Positions 62,700 through 64,000 of a stretch of DNA of 64,000 nt are shown here, in pieces. The position numbers were made by a program, and so were the translations under genes. The stretch lies in the NCBI GenBank assembly GCA_003971905.1, contig RSEE01000055.1, positions 124,001-188,000 on the forward strand, written 5' to 3'. The notes under the pieces are model-generated. The model searched no databases. It was not told the DNA's origin and saw only the letters and a program-made list of their open reading frames with translations. Every line of letters begins with the position of its first letter. The first letter of the stretch is position 1. This DNA comes from Moniliella sp. 'wahieum' (Eukaryota).

Positions 62700-63002
62700 G
62701 TTAGGATTTGAATCGGAGGGTGGCAGTAGAACATTGGCGCGAGCAGCGCCACGCCGTCTCCAAAGCCGCAAGTGGTCTCGGCTCAGCGCGCCTGCCCGAG
62801 TCGCCTCGGCCGTTGCGCAAGGCGAGTCGGTTGGATTGGGTCCGGCGCTACACTCAACCGGCTTTGATCGAACCAGCTGTACCCCCCGACTTTAGCATGC
62901 CCTACAACGTCATCATTATGGTCTCCACCATGGCGCTCTTTTTGGATCGATATTCAACAACTTGTTTCGCTCATATGTGGATGTGGTTGTACCGAGGTAA
63001 TT
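62700..63002 (+). pseudogene. GPI16: C-terminal fragment of GPI transamidase subunit Gpi16 (PIG-T)
   Basis: YTQPALIEPAVPPDFSMPYNVIIMVST, then FGSIFNNL in the shifted frame. Too little room upstream for a full-length gene. Confidence 0.7.
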
Positions 63003-63153
63003 GGCACTTCGCTCCCACCGCGTTGACCGTTACATTGTTTGGGAGGTGTACCCACCAGCTACGTGCAAAGCGTAGCAGTAATTGTAGTGTACATGCATGG
63101 GAGGAAACAGAGAGGGGAAGGAGGGAGGACGACCAAAAAAAAAGAGCCCCGGC

Positions 63154-64000
63154 TCACAAGAAGCCATTCTCCATCAACATCTTGGCAATTTTTTCGTTCT
63201 CGTCTCGTTCCCGAGGCTCGAGTCGGAGCGATTGCCGATACAACTCTTCGTCTGATTGAACCTCCACAAGACTGTCTTTGATAAACCGCTGGATGCCTTG
63301 GACCGGGGTGAGCACATAGGGCGTACTCTGGTACGTGCCAATCTCTTTGACGACCTCGGCAGTCATGCGATGCTGTTAAAATTGATGAACTGGCTGGGGC
63401 GAAGCAGGTTCAAGTTGCCCTCGTCGATGAACGTCAGGTCCGTCAAGTAACACCCAAAAAGGGGACGCAAGGCGGGTTGAGGTTGTGGATCATATCGCGG
63501 TACTGGGCAAAGTTCTTGGTATTGAGCAGCAACTTGTTGACCGAGTTGAACGTATCCCGGTTCTTGGTGCTGATCAGCTGCCACGTGGCGCGTAGCCGGT
63601 AGATGGCCGCACTGTTGGTCCACTGACGATGGCCGTCATGGAGGCAAAATTATGCAACCGTCTACACTGATCAGCAATCTGAATAAAGTGCCGCAGCCAC
63701 TGCGCCCGCGTCCTCGCCTCAGGCTGGAGGAGGATGGACTCGACCACCCATCCAGTGACCTTGTTGCCTGTCGCAACAATCTCTTTGATGTGGGGCGAAC
63801 GGATGTGTCCGTCCTCTTTGGCCCAGTTGCGATCAAGACACTCTTGCGGCCGAATCCGGCCAAAAGCGTTTGCCTCCCGGATGGTGAGCTGGCGCGCCAT
63901 CTCAAGCGGATCAATGTCCAGGAACTTGATGTGCTGCACCGTCTTGTGGGCAAGATGGGAGGAGGGGCATTGCTCGTGTTAATCGAAAGTGTCTTGCGCG
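63154..64000 (-). CDS. RasGEF (Cdc25-family) catalytic domain; gene continues beyond the window
   Basis: FLDIDPLEMARQLT, CRRLHNFASMTAIVSG, GCYLTDLTFIDEGN, INF, LYRQSLRLEPRE. Confidence 0.93.

Overview
Eukaryotic, GC-rich, intron-poor fungal DNA. The short GTGCGT/GTACGC/GTATGT..CTRAC..YAG introns and intronless alpha-tubulin, RPS1 and CCT4 point to a basidiomycete, possibly Ustilaginomycotina-like (inference). About 20 protein genes are recognisable: split-PH ArfGAP, class I HDAC, a tandem WRKY/GCM1-MULE-like zinc-finger protein, RAD50, an SDR, GRR1, an MFS transporter, TMEM41-like, GPI1, CCT4, RPS1, COG6, alpha-tubulin, TRK, a bZIP, a thioredoxin-domain protein, 3' fragments of GLY1 and GPI16, and a RasGEF. 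There are also two intron-containing tRNAs (Ile-AAT, Gly-CCC) and several LTR/TE remnants. Almost every CDS has single-base frameshifts, probably consensus errors, so gene ends are approximate. The most striking unexplained signal is a window-wide family of 7-bp-periodic intergenic arrays. Each unit is TCA/TGA/TAA plus a variable, usually palindromic 4-mer (AGCT, TGCA, CCGG, ACGT, TCGA, CTAG, CGCG, GATC, GGCC, TTAA). The arrays keep phase while the core changes and cluster upstream of genes.
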